Part shown: piece after piece, positions 33,462-43,120 of the stretch
Position numbering within the stretch: the first letter of the stretch is position 1
Layout: every line of letters begins with the position of its first letter
Assembly: GCA_041618195.1 (NCBI GenBank)
Contig: JBFJNL010000001.1
Location: forward strand, 1-50,892
DNA from: Thermoplasmatota archaeon
GTDB lineage: Archaea > Thermoplasmatota > E2 > JACPAO01 > JAHFTW01
Reading direction: 5' to 3'
Length of the DNA: 50,892 bases
Position numbers and translations under genes: made by a program
The notes under the pieces: model-generated
The model's database searches: none
Told to the model about the DNA's origin: nothing
What the model saw: the letters and a program-made list of their open reading frames with translations, nothing else

Positions 33462-33886
33462 CAACGCCTCTCGTCCCCATCCTGCAAGGCATGGGCGTCA
33501 CGCTACAGAACTTCTTCAAGAAGCCGGTGACGGTGCAATACCCCGAAGAGAAGCGCCCGGTCTCCGACCGCTTCCGCGGCCGCATCTACCTCAAACTGGA
33601 GACCTGCATCGGCTGCACCTTGTGCGCCCAGGCATGCCCCAACGGCTCGTGCTACATGGTCGATTACGACCCTGGCTTCGAGACGCCGCAGAACAAGCGC
33701 CACAAGTTCCCGGCCGTCGAGATCAGCAAGTGCATGTACTGCTCGCTGTGCGAAGAGGCCTGCCCGACGGACAGCATCCGCATGGGCAAGGAATACGAGA
33801 CCGGCGCGTACGTGCGCGACTTCGACTACAAGCCTGACCGCTTGAGCCAGAATGAAGCCGCTCTTGGACGGGGGCCGTACAAGTGA
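33458..33886 (+). CDS. nuoI: Complex I subunit I (2x[4Fe-4S])
   Basis: [12 protein letters not shown] and [12 protein letters not shown] motifs. Confidence 0.95.
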   Translation: MTTPLVPILQGMGVTLQNFFKKPVTVQYPEEKRPVSDRFRGRIYLKLETCIGCTLCAQACPNGSCYMVDYDPGFETPQNKRHKFPAVEISKCMYCSLCEEACPTDSIRMGKEYETGAYVRDFDYKPDRLSQNEAALGRGPYK

Positions 33887-34536
33887 TCGGAGAACAGATC
33901 TTCTTCGTCATCGTGTCCGCGACGGTGCTTGGCGGCGGCCTATGGGCCGCCTTCGCCAAGCGCACCTTCCACGCGGCGCTCGGGCTCGGCATCACCCTCA
34001 TCGGCGTCGCCGGCATCTACATTCTCCTGAACGCCCCGCTGATCGGCATCCTCCAGGTGCTCGTCTACGTGGGCGGCATCCTGACCATCCTCGTCTTCGC
34101 CGTCATGTTCGTCGCCGGCGACGAAGAGGAAGAGAAGTTACCCAGCCGCGAGCGCGTCTGGGCACGCCGGGTCGGCATCGCTGTCCCCATCGTCCTCTTC
34201 TCGGCGCTCGCCGCCGCCGTCCTCGCTGCCGAACCCTGGGGGCTTGACCCCGTGGGCGGTGCCGAAGATATCGACGCCATCGCCACCGACCTGTTCCGCG
34301 AACACGTGGTCGCCTTCGAAGTGCTCGGTATCCTGCTGACCGCCGCCATGATCGGTTCCCTGGTCATCGCCCGGCCACTGGTCGCCGGCATGGACCGGGA
34401 CGTCTACCCGACGGCCGACAAGGCGGGCCTCGCCAAGAGCCAGGCCAGCAGCGAGCTCGGGGCGTTGTTCCCGCTCCAATCGATGGATCGCAGCCTCGCT
34501 GAACACGAAGACACGTTTGGAGGTGAGGAAGAATGA
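33883..34536 (+). CDS. nuoJ: Complex I subunit J
   Basis: [22 protein letters not shown] motif. GTG 33883 overlaps the nuoI stop. Confidence 0.9.
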   Translation: MIGEQIFFVIVSATVLGGGLWAAFAKRTFHAALGLGITLIGVAGIYILLNAPLIGILQVLVYVGGILTILVFAVMFVAGDEEEEKLPSRERVWARRVGIAVPIVLFSALAAAVLAAEPWGLDPVGGAEDIDAIATDLFREHVVAFEVLGILLTAAMIGSLVIARPLVAGMDRDVYPTADKAGLAKSQASSELGALFPLQSMDRSLAEHEDTFGGEEE

Positions 34537-34835
34537 TCCCGACCACCTGGGCCGTCATGCTCAGCGCCGCTCTGCTGGTCGTCGGTGTCCTGGGCATCAT
34601 GCTCAACCGCAGCGCCCTGCGCATCCTCATCAGCATCGAGCTGGTGCTGAACGCCTCGAACATCAACTTCGTCGCCTTCGCACAACACTGGGGTCAGAGC
34701 GATGGCCTCACCTACACTCTCTTCAGCATCGCATTGGCCGCAGCGGAAGCCGCGGTCGGCCTCGCGATCCTGATCCACCTGTACCGACACATGCAGACCG
34801 TGGACGCAGACGCCGCCACGGCCCTGAGGTGGTAA
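34533..34835 (+). CDS. nuoK: Complex I subunit K
   Basis: 100 aa, 3 TM helices, SIELVLNASNINFVAF motif. ATGA overlap with nuoJ. Confidence 0.9.
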   Translation: MIPTTWAVMLSAALLVVGVLGIMLNRSALRILISIELVLNASNINFVAFAQHWGQSDGLTYTLFSIALAAAEAAVGLAILIHLYRHMQTVDADAATALRW

Positions 34836-34836
34836 C

Positions 34837-36858
34837 ATGGCTGAACTCCACGCATCGGAACTCCTGGCTGCAAGCAGCATCGAACTCACGGCCGCCATGG
34901 TCGTGCTCCTCGCCCCCATCCTCGCCAGCCTGGCGGTCTTCCTGTACGGCAAGACCCACTGGCGCGGCGGCGCGGCCACAGTCGTCACGGCGGTCGGCTT
35001 CAGCGTCGTCGCGATGCTGTACCTGTTCTACCAACACGTCATCATGGGTGCAGACCCGACGGGCTGGTCGATCACTTGGTTCAGCGTCGGCGAATACCAC
35101 TTCGAGTTCGGTTTCCTACTCGACAACCTGAGTATCTGGCTGGCCACGCTGGTCAGCATCCTGTCGTTCCTCATCGTCGTCTTCTCGACGCACTACATGC
35201 ACGAGGAGCCCAACGGCAAACTGCGCCGCTACTACGCGGTCAAGGCGCTGTTCATCGGTGGCATGCTGGGCACCGTCCTCATGGACAACTACCTCCTGAT
35301 GTTCGTCTTCTGGGAGATTATGGGTCTGTGCAGCTACCTGCTCATCGGCTACTGGTTCCACAAGGACTCCGCCGCCATCGCGGCCAAGAAGGCGTTCTTG
35401 ACGACGCGCCTTGGAGACATCCTGCTCATGGTCGGCATCATCATCCTGTTGGTGACCTTCAAGACCGTGAGCTACCGCGAACTGTTCCACCACCCCGAAC
35501 TCGAACAGCACAAGGCCATCGTGTATGCTGCCTCGCTGTTGATCTTCGGCGGTGCCGTCGGTAAGTCTGCCCAGTTCCCCCTCGACCTGTGGTTGCCCGA
35601 CGCCATGGAAGGCCCCACCACGGTCTCCGCATTGATCCACGCCGCGACGATGGTCAAGGCCGGTGTCTTCCTGGTCGCCCGCAGCTTCCCGCTGTTCTTG
35701 CTCAACCCTGATACCTTCATCCTTGTCGGTATCATCGGTGGCATCACGGCGCTCTACGCCGCCAGCATGGCACTCGTGGCGATGGACATCAAGAAGGTCC
35801 TCGCCTTCTCGACGCTGAGTCAACTCGGCTACATGTTCCTCGCACTCGGTGCCGGCGGCGTCTACTACGCCAGCACTTTGGCGGAGGGCCATCCTGACGG
35901 CATCGGCTTCACCGCCGCCATGCTGCACCTGCAGAACCACGCATTCTTCAAGGCGCTCTTGTTCCTTGGAAGCGCCAGCGTCATCCTCGGGATGCACCAC
36001 CATCAGGACATGCGCGACATGGGTGGCCTTCGCAAGAAGATGCCCAAGACGTACTGGACCATGATGGTCGGTACGCTCGCCATCGCGGGCATCATCCCCT
36101 TCAGTGGCTTCTGGAGCAAGGATGAGGTGCTCGCCACCGCGTTCAAGGCCGGTAGCATCGAACCCGTGTTCACCATCCTGTGGCTCATGGGCATGCTGAC
36201 CGCGCTCATGACGGCATTCTACATGTTCCGCATGATGTTCCTGACCTTCCACTCGGAACCCCGCACGGAACACGCTGATCACGCCCACGAAAGCCCCGGC
36301 GTCATGACCGGCCCGCTCGTCGTGCTGGCGGTGTTCGCCGCCCTGGCCGGTCTGTGGCTCGTCGTGCCCCTCGCCGGTGGCTTCGAGAACGTCATCACGT
36401 ACCCGTACAGCCACGACCTGGGCGCGCACCACGCGCTGGCCCCCAGTGAGATCCTCATGGGCATCTTGCTGAACCCGCTGACCTACGCGTCTCTGGGCCT
36501 GGCAGTCCTCGGTATCATCCTGGCACGCAAGTACACCAAGGGTGTCCCGGCCAATGAGGTCGAGACCCCCACCAGTGGCGTGCGCGGCTTGCTGTACAAC
36601 CGCTACTACGTGACACAGGCGATCTACGAACCCATCGGGAACGTCTTCGCCCTCGGCATCGCCAAGCTCAGCAACCTCTTCGACCGCAAAGGTATCGACG
36701 GCGTCGTCAACGCGACGGCCCGAGGCGCCCAGGCTGAAGGCGCGTTCCTGCGCAAATGGCAAGATGGTCGCATCACGACCTACCTCAGTAGCATCGCCAT
36801 CGGGGCCACGGTCCTGTTGGCGCTCGCGATCGCTCTCCTTCCCCTCATCCGGTGGTGA
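34837..36858 (+). CDS. nuoL: Complex I subunit L (antiporter-like)
   Basis: FWEIMGLCSYLLIGYWF and GKSAQFPLDLWLPDAMEGPTTVSALIHAATMV motifs. Confidence 0.95.
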   Translation: MAELHASELLAASSIELTAAMVVLLAPILASLAVFLYGKTHWRGGAATVVTAVGFSVVAMLYLFYQHVIMGADPTGWSITWFSVGEYHFEFGFLLDNLSIWLATLVSILSFLIVVFSTHYMHEEPNGKLRRYYAVKALFIGGMLGTVLMDNYLLMFVFWEIMGLCSYLLIGYWFHKDSAAIAAKKAFLTTRLGDILLMVGIIILLVTFKTVSYRELFHHPELEQHKAIVYAASLLIFGGAVGKSAQFPLDLWLPDAMEGPTTVSALIHAATMVKAGVFLVARSFPLFLLNPDTFILVGIIGGITALYAASMALVAMDIKKVLAFSTLSQLGYMFLALGAGGVYYASTLAEGHPDGIGFTAAMLHLQNHAFFKALLFLGSASVILGMHHHQDMRDMGGLRKKMPKTYWTMMVGTLAIAGIIPFSGFWSKDEVLATAFKAGSIEPVFTILWLMGMLTALMTAFYMFRMMFLTFHSEPRTEHADHAHESPGVMTGPLVVLAVFAALAGLWLVVPLAGGFENVITYPYSHDLGAHHALAPSEILMGILLNPLTYASLGLAVLGIILARKYTKGVPANEVETPTSGVRGLLYNRYYVTQAIYEPIGNVFALGIAKLSNLFDRKGIDGVVNATARGAQAEGAFLRKWQDGRITTYLSSIAIGATVLLALAIALLPLIRW

Positions 36859-38369
36859 ATCAGTTGAACGTCCTCGATATCCTGGAAGCCAACACGCTGG
36901 GTCTGATCCCGGTCACCCTGCTGCTCACCCTGGTCGGCGCCCTCGCCACCTACACGAGTTCCGACAAGAACGCCCGACGCGTCGCATTGATCTTCACGGT
37001 CCCCGCCTTCGTCGTGATGACGCTCATCTTCCTGCAAGTGGGCATCGGTAGCGGCGGCGAATACCGGTTCACGACCAACTGGCCGTGGGTCGAGAGCCTC
37101 GGTATCACGCTGAGCTTCGGCGTGGACGGCCTCAGCGCGTCCCTCGCCTGGCTCACCAGCCTGCTGACGCCCCTCGTCATCATCTACAGCTGGAACGAAG
37201 CGAAGAAGCCCCGGCTTTTCTTCACCATGCTCGTCCTCTTGAACGTCAGCGTCATCGGTGTCTTCACCGCGCTTGATCTGTTCCTGTTCTACATCTTCTG
37301 GGAATTCGTCCTGATTCCGATGTACTTCCTCATCGCGATCTGGGGCGGGCCGAACCGCAAGTATGCGAGCTACAAGTTCTTCGTCTACACCGGCGGCGCA
37401 TCCCTGGTGATGCTGCTCGGCTTCATGGCGGTCTACTTCGGTGCCGGCCTTGGGACCTGGCACATCCCGACCCTGACCGAACGCGCCGCCGCGGCGGGCT
37501 TCGCGCACGGCTTTGGGCTGCTCGCCTTCAGCCTCCTGGCCCTTGGCTTCCTTGTCAAGATGCCCAGCGTGCCTTTCCACACCTGGCTGCCCGACGCTCA
37601 CGTGCAAGCCCCCACTGCGGGCTCCGTGATGCTGGCCGGCGTCCTGTTGAAGATGGGTAGCTACGGCTTGATGCGCATCGCTTTCCCGCTCCTGCCTGAC
37701 GCTGCCATGTACTTCCAGTGGCCGTTGTTCATCCTCGGTACGATCAGTGTCCTGTACGGCGCTTTCCTGTGTCTTGCCCAGGACGACCTGAAGAGCCTCA
37801 TCGCCTACTCGTCCGTGAGCCACATGGGTATGGTCACCATCGCGCTGGCCACCTTCAATGACCTCGGCTGGGCCGGTGCCGCCTACATGAACGTCGCCCA
37901 CGGTGTCATCAGTGCGGGCATGTTCATGGCCGCCGGCAGCCTGCAACACAGCACCGGCACCCGCCTCATCAGCAAGCTCGGTGGCGTCGCCACCAAGGTG
38001 CCGATGCTGGCCGGCCTCACCGCTGCCCTGTTCCTGGCCAGCCTGGGCTTGCCCGGCATGATGGGCTTCATCGCAGAGTTCGCCATCTTCGCCGCGGTCT
38101 GGCAGGCCTTCGGATGGTGGATCATGATCCCCATCTGGAGCGTCCTCATCACAGCAGGCTACTTCCTGTGGGCCTTGCAGCGCGCGTTCTACGGCGCCGA
38201 CCGCGCCACCGTCGACCCGAGCCACATCCACGATGTGGTGCCCGTCGAACGCTGGACCATGGTCGTCCTCGTCGTCCTCGCCATCATCTTCGGTATCCTT
38301 CCGGCGCTCTTGCTCGGACAGATGAACGATTGGACGCACACCGTGATGCACGTCATGGGGGTCGCTTAG
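36852..38369 (+). CDS. nuoM: Complex I subunit M (antiporter-like)
   Basis: FYIFWEFVLIPMYFLI and KMPSVPFHTWLPDAHVQAPTAGSVMLAGVLLK motifs. GTG 36852 overlaps the nuoL stop. Confidence 0.95.
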   Translation: MVNQLNVLDILEANTLGLIPVTLLLTLVGALATYTSSDKNARRVALIFTVPAFVVMTLIFLQVGIGSGGEYRFTTNWPWVESLGITLSFGVDGLSASLAWLTSLLTPLVIIYSWNEAKKPRLFFTMLVLLNVSVIGVFTALDLFLFYIFWEFVLIPMYFLIAIWGGPNRKYASYKFFVYTGGASLVMLLGFMAVYFGAGLGTWHIPTLTERAAAAGFAHGFGLLAFSLLALGFLVKMPSVPFHTWLPDAHVQAPTAGSVMLAGVLLKMGSYGLMRIAFPLLPDAAMYFQWPLFILGTISVLYGAFLCLAQDDLKSLIAYSSVSHMGMVTIALATFNDLGWAGAAYMNVAHGVISAGMFMAAGSLQHSTGTRLISKLGGVATKVPMLAGLTAALFLASLGLPGMMGFIAEFAIFAAVWQAFGWWIMIPIWSVLITAGYFLWALQRAFYGADRATVDPSHIHDVVPVERWTMVVLVVLAIIFGILPALLLGQMNDWTHTVMHVMGVA

Positions 38370-39986
38370 ATGGGAATCGCAGAAATCCTCAGCGGACTGT
38401 TCAACCAGCCGCTCTACTGGCAGATCTGGACCGCAGAACTCATCCTCTTGGTCTTCGCCCTGTTGATCCCGCTCGCCGGCGCCAAGCTGCCGGACCGCCT
38501 CGGCATGCGCCAGTTCGCCATGATCGGCCTCGGCGGTGCTTTCCTTGTCACCCTTGGTACGTTGTTCCAATGGCGCCTGGACATCCCCGGCACCACCATC
38601 GACTTCACCTTCGCCTATATCGAGGCGTGCACGACCGCTATCGCCAACAACCTGTACAGCCCCTGTGAGGTCTACGCCATCACGCCGGCCACGCAGCTGT
38701 TCAAGCTAGTGTTCCTCGGCACGGCGTTCCTCGCCGTTCTCGGCAGCGGCCGCGAGATGAGCGGCAAGGCCGAAGAAGACTATGGCGAACTCTACAGCCT
38801 CATCATCTTCGCCACGCTCGGCATGATGGTCGTCGCCTCGGCGCGCGACCTTATCGTCCTGCTACTCGGCATCGAGATCGCATCCATGAGCAGCTACCTG
38901 CTCGCCGGCATGCGCCGCGACGCCATCGGCGCCGAGGCCTCGATGAAGTACTTCCTGTTCGGCGCCGTCAGCAGCGGCCTGACGCTTTACGCGATCAGCC
39001 TGCTCTACGGTGTCGCAGGTAGCACCAACATCTACGTCATCGGTGACGCACTCACCACCGGCGGAGCGTTCGACGCCATCAGCATGGTCGCCATCGTCTT
39101 CCTGCTCGGCGGCCTCGGCTTCAAGATCAGCAGCGCACCGTTCCACCAGTGGGCTCCGGACGTCTACCACGGCGCCCCGGCTCCGGTGGCGGGCATGCTC
39201 GCCGCCGGCAGCAAGGCCATGGGCTTCGCAGCCGTCATCAGTGTCTTCCTCGTCGCCCTCCTGGGTGTCGCTGAGAACTGGCAACTCGCCATGGCCGCCA
39301 TCGCCGTGGCCAGCATGTTCGTCGGCAACCTGGTGGCCCTCAAGCAGAACAGCCTGCGCCGCATGCTCGCCTACAGCAGCATCGCCCAGGCCGGCTACCT
39401 GCTCATCGCCATCGTCGTGGTCGGCGCCGCTGCAGGTACCAACTCGTTCGCCACCCACGCCACCTGGGCGCTCGGCGGCGGTATCCTGCACCTGATGGTC
39501 AACGCGGCCATGAAGCTCGGCGCGTTCCTCGTCGTCGGGGCCCTGCTCCTGGCAGGCGTCCCCGATCGCGTGGAGAGCTACAAGGGCCTCAGCAAGCGCA
39601 ACGCCTTCCTGGCCTTCGCCTTCACGCTGTTCCTGCTCAGCATGGCCGGCATCCCGCCGCTGGGCGGTTTCACGAGCAAGTTCGTCCTGTTCGGCAGCGC
39701 CGTCGACGTCGCCGTGAACCACCAACTCGGTTGGCTCCTGTGGCTCGCCATCTTCGCCGTGCTCAACAGCGCCATCAGCCTGTACTACTACGTGCGCATC
39801 ATCCGCGCCATGTACGTGGACGAAGGCGACGAAGTGGCCGGTCACAAGATCAACATCGAGCGCGGTGCCATGATCGCCATCGGCGTCTGCATGGCGCTCG
39901 TGGTGCTCGTCGGCATCTGGCCCGCCTGGTTCGTCGACGTCAGCTTCGAGGCCGCTACCAGCCTCGTCGCAGCCGTCGTACCGTAG
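38370..39986 (+). CDS. nuoN: Complex I subunit N (antiporter-like)
   Basis: GIEIASMSSYLLAG and FKISSAPFHQWAPDVYHGAPAPVAG motifs. It starts immediately after the nuoM stop. Confidence 0.95.
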   Translation: MGIAEILSGLFNQPLYWQIWTAELILLVFALLIPLAGAKLPDRLGMRQFAMIGLGGAFLVTLGTLFQWRLDIPGTTIDFTFAYIEACTTAIANNLYSPCEVYAITPATQLFKLVFLGTAFLAVLGSGREMSGKAEEDYGELYSLIIFATLGMMVVASARDLIVLLLGIEIASMSSYLLAGMRRDAIGAEASMKYFLFGAVSSGLTLYAISLLYGVAGSTNIYVIGDALTTGGAFDAISMVAIVFLLGGLGFKISSAPFHQWAPDVYHGAPAPVAGMLAAGSKAMGFAAVISVFLVALLGVAENWQLAMAAIAVASMFVGNLVALKQNSLRRMLAYSSIAQAGYLLIAIVVVGAAAGTNSFATHATWALGGGILHLMVNAAMKLGAFLVVGALLLAGVPDRVESYKGLSKRNAFLAFAFTLFLLSMAGIPPLGGFTSKFVLFGSAVDVAVNHQLGWLLWLAIFAVLNSAISLYYYVRIIRAMYVDEGDEVAGHKINIERGAMIAIGVCMALVVLVGIWPAWFVDVSFEAATSLVAAVVP

Positions 39987-40061
39987 GACGATCACCGCCG
40001 GCACCGGCAGCAACCATGAGCCTAGCTGCGGCCGCTGATCGGCCTGGGGCGCTGCCTGCGC

Positions 40062-40148
40062 TCAACCAAACCGGATTTGGCAGGTCGGGCAGTGGTACGC
40101 ACCCTGGACTTTGTCCACTTCATCAGCGTGGCACACGGGACAGATCAT
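40062..40148 (-). CDS. 28-aa zinc-ribbon micro-protein (CPxC...CPxC)
   Basis: MICPVCHADEVDKVQGAYHCPTCQIRFG. ATG 40148 lies inside track ORF 40062..40271 and sits 26 nt downstream of a TATA-like box. Confidence 0.4.
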   Translation of the reverse strand: MICPVCHADEVDKVQGAYHCPTCQIRFG

Positions 40149-40170
40149 AGCCCAGACGTGTGTCGTGGAC

Positions 40171-40177
40171 AATATTA
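40171..40177 (-). promoter_or_regulatory. TATA-like box (TAATATT on minus strand) about 26 nt upstream of ATG 40148
   Basis: The clearest AT-rich heptamer in the spacer between nuoN and the NifU-like gene. Confidence 0.35.
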
Positions 40178-40304
40178 GGCCCACTGGGACAGTCTTGGTG
40201 CCGCCCGGCCGTACGAGGCCTGGGGACGGCGGCCTGCCGTTGGGGCTTGAGCGCATCGGCCTATGCCCCAATGCTTAAGCCGAGTTCCCACTGAAACAGA
40301 GTTC

Positions 40305-40583
40305 ATGAGCGCGACCCTCCAGACCGTCGAAGAGCGCATCCTTGCTGCCATCGACGAGATTCGCCCTGCCCTTCACTTCGACGGCGGCGATCTGGAATTC
40401 CTAGGATTCAGCCCGGACACCGGCGTCGTCCAGGTGCAGATGGTCGGTTCCTGCCACGGCTGCAGCATGAGCGAGGTCACCCTGATCTCGGGCGTCGAAC
40501 GCATCGTCAAGGAGCGCGTCCCCGAAGTCCGTGCGCTGGTCAACATCCCGCCGGACTACGCGCCGACCAACCCCAAGTACTGA
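40305..40583 (+). CDS. NifU-like (Nfu C-terminal domain) Fe-S cluster protein
   Basis: IRPALHFDGGDLEFLGF...VQVQMVGSCHGCSMS..TL contains the CxxC motif. ATG 40305. Confidence 0.85.
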   Translation: MSATLQTVEERILAAIDEIRPALHFDGGDLEFLGFSPDTGVVQVQMVGSCHGCSMSEVTLISGVERIVKERVPEVRALVNIPPDYAPTNPKY

Positions 40584-40683
40584 TCCGGGGGCCGCCCCCG
40601 GAAGCGCGCGCGACGGGTCGTCGTGTGACGGGTCGGGGATGCTGCAAGCAAACCTCCAAACAGCGTGGGCTCCATGTCTCAGC

Positions 40684-41223
40684 ATGGAATGGGACGCGAC
40701 GCGCGAGGCACCCGGCACGCAGAGCTCGGGCGGGCTCCCCCGATATCGCGACCTGGTCGTCACCCTCTTGCTGGCGATCTTCACGTTCGGCGTGTACACC
40801 CTGTACTGGTTGTACGTCACCTACAGGGACACCCACCAACACCTTGGCCGCGCGCACCAAGCGAAGACCGCCCTGGTGCTGGCTATCATCGGCTACGTCC
40901 TGATGTGGTTCGTCATGGCGCTGTACCTGGTCTTTACCCTCGGGTTCGCAGCCACCCAACGGGAGCCCTCCGTGGCCTTGTTCAGCGGCATGATCGGCAT
41001 GTTCGCGGTCCTGCTCATCGCTTCACTCGCTGTCACCGCCGTGCAGGTATGGATGATGTGGGGTGCTGCGCGGGGTGCCGAACTGGTGCTGCAGCGCTAC
41101 GGCCGCACCCCCACCATGCCGCCCCTCGTCCATGCGCTCGTGCCCATCGTGCTGAACCTCTGGGTCTACGTCGCCATCGGGCTGGTCCAGAGCGACCTCA
41201 ACAAGCTGCACCCACAGTCCTGA
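40684..41223 (+). CDS. DUF4234-like membrane protein
   Basis: RDLVVTLLLAIFTFGVYTLYWLYVTYRD is the DUF4234 signature. ATG 40684; an alternative start is 40639. Confidence 0.65.
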   Translation: MEWDATREAPGTQSSGGLPRYRDLVVTLLLAIFTFGVYTLYWLYVTYRDTHQHLGRAHQAKTALVLAIIGYVLMWFVMALYLVFTLGFAATQREPSVALFSGMIGMFAVLLIASLAVTAVQVWMMWGAARGAELVLQRYGRTPTMPPLVHALVPIVLNLWVYVAIGLVQSDLNKLHPQS

Positions 41224-41248
41224 TGTAGGGCCCCGGGGTCGCAATGGT

Positions 41249-42499
41249 ATGCACGCGGCGAAGGCCCACGCTCGCACCAGCCTCGTCAGCCTCGCTGTCG
41301 GACTCGTGCTCCTCGTCGCAGGCCTCCTCGGCGTCCAATCCGACTGGGCCTGGTTCGCCGCCCATGGCATCGTCCTGATGCTCGGCAGCGTCATGGCAGG
41401 CCTGGCCGGGCTGCATGCCTACACGCTCCCGGCGTTGGCCCGTACCACCTTCCCCGAGCGGCCTGTGGCCATCTCGGCCGCGCTATGGCTGGCTGGCGTC
41501 ATGGCCATCGGCTTCGCGGTGCTGCTGCCGTGGAGTTGGACCGCCTACGTTGGCTGGCTCGGCACGGCCGTGTTCGCGGCCGGCGCCACCATTTGGTCCG
41601 TCCAGGTCATGAAACACGCCCCCAAGAAAGGGCTCGTGGACATGGAGACGGACAAACTCACCAAGGGCGACGATGCCTGCCTCAAGCACGTGCACTTCTC
41701 CCACCGTTTCCTTCCCATCGGCGCCCTGCTGATCTTGCCGGCCCTCATCGTGGGCGGCGTGTGGGGTGGTCGCATCTACGACGCCGCCATCCACATCATC
41801 GTCGTCGGTTACGGCCTGCTCTCCATCTACGGCCTCAGCCACTTCTGGGTCCCTCGCCTCAGCGGCATCCCCGCCATCGCGGCCGGTGCCATCAAGGGCG
41901 AACTGCACACTACGCTCTTGGGCATCGTCGGTGTCACCACCGGCTTCATCATCGGCGTCGACACGGCTGTGGGACAAGGCTTCCTGGTGGGCCTTGGGCC
42001 CATGGTCTTCCTTGGCTTCTTCGTGTGGATGGGCGTGCTCGGCGCCAACATCATGAAGAACAAGTCGCCCACCAACTCGGTGCGCCCAGAATTCGTCTAC
42101 ATCCCCTGGACCTTCAGCGCGGTTTTCTGGCTCGTCGCCGCTGTCCTGATGGGCATCTTCCTCAACGTCCTCCCCGAGATCATGACGGACCTGTACCCGG
42201 CCCTGCGCTTCGCCCACCTCCACGTCGGCCTCCTAGGCGGCGCCGTCCAGTTGTTGCTCGGCTTGATGACGCGCCTCATCCCGATGCACGGCGGCCGCGC
42301 CCCACCCCGCTTCGGATCGGCCATGAAGGGCAGCTTCTACATGCTGAACCTGGGCCTGGCGTTCGCCGTCTTCGGCCGCTTCGGCGGCATCGACGACCTG
42401 TGGCTGCTCATCGGCCTCGCCGTCATCACCATCTCTCTAGGCATGTACGCCGTCGCCATGGCACCATTTTTCAGCCGCCGCAAGGTTGTCGCTGCATGA
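41249..42499 (+). CDS. 12-TM His-rich membrane protein, NnrS / heme-copper-oxidase-subunit-I-like (recall-based)
   Basis: About 12 predicted helices. The motif FAHLHVGLLGGAVQLLLGLMTRLIPMHGGR resembles the NnrS H..t.G.iG.m...m.R...GHTGR block. Related motifs occur in helices 2 and 6. Confidence 0.7.
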   Translation: MHAAKAHARTSLVSLAVGLVLLVAGLLGVQSDWAWFAAHGIVLMLGSVMAGLAGLHAYTLPALARTTFPERPVAISAALWLAGVMAIGFAVLLPWSWTAYVGWLGTAVFAAGATIWSVQVMKHAPKKGLVDMETDKLTKGDDACLKHVHFSHRFLPIGALLILPALIVGGVWGGRIYDAAIHIIVVGYGLLSIYGLSHFWVPRLSGIPAIAAGAIKGELHTTLLGIVGVTTGFIIGVDTAVGQGFLVGLGPMVFLGFFVWMGVLGANIMKNKSPTNSVRPEFVYIPWTFSAVFWLVAAVLMGIFLNVLPEIMTDLYPALRFAHLHVGLLGGAVQLLLGLMTRLIPMHGGRAPPRFGSAMKGSFYMLNLGLAFAVFGRFGGIDDLWLLIGLAVITISLGMYAVAMAPFFSRRKVVAA

Positions 42500-43059
42500 G
42501 CCTGACCTGGACCACCATCGACACCCGGCTCGGGCGCTTCACGGTCGTGGCCCACGACGGCCACGTGGTCAAGGTCCAACTGCCCGGCAGCCCTGATGAC
42601 TGGCAGCCGCAGGTGGCGCGCTGGTTCCCCGACGAGGCCCCCGTCCAAGCCGACGACCCCATCCTCGAAGTGGCCCGCAGGCAGATCGAAGAGTACGCGG
42701 ACGGTCGTCGCCGGCACTTCGACCTGCCCATGAAACCCATGGGCACGCCGTTCCAACAAGATGTCTGGGCGGCGCTCAGCACAATCCCCTACGGCGAGAC
42801 CCGCAGCTACGCAGACCTGGCCGCCATGGTCGGCAAACCCGGCGCGGCGCGCGCCGTCGGCCAAGCCAACGCCCGCAACCCCATCCCGCTGGTGCAACCT
42901 TGCCACCGGGTCCTGCAAGCGGACGGCAGCCTGGGCGGCTGGATGGGTGCCACGGCTGACGACACCAGCCTCAAGCGCACCCTGCTGAACCTTGAAGCGG
43001 GTCCCGCCGACGGACTCAAGCCGCTGGGGCCAGATTCGGCCCACGGCCTGCGGCTCTGA
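42496..43059 (+). CDS. ogt: Methylated-DNA--protein-cysteine methyltransferase
   Basis: TPFQQDVWAALSTIPYGETRSYADLA and active site IPLVQPCHRV. ATGA overlap with the upstream membrane protein. Confidence 0.9.
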   Translation: MSLTWTTIDTRLGRFTVVAHDGHVVKVQLPGSPDDWQPQVARWFPDEAPVQADDPILEVARRQIEEYADGRRRHFDLPMKPMGTPFQQDVWAALSTIPYGETRSYADLAAMVGKPGAARAVGQANARNPIPLVQPCHRVLQADGSLGGWMGATADDTSLKRTLLNLEAGPADGLKPLGPDSAHGLRL

Positions 43060-43120
43060 GGCGCGCCTGACGCAGACGGAGGCGTGGTGCCCGCGCCGAC
43101 CTGCACACGGGCTTGCAGTG

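Noticed and set aside
40062-40271. Full 69-aa version of the zinc-ribbon ORF from the track.
   Set aside because: The N-terminal 41 residues are Pro/Arg/Gly-rich with no features and would be read through the TATA-like box. The short form from ATG 40148 is preferred, though the long form cannot be excluded.
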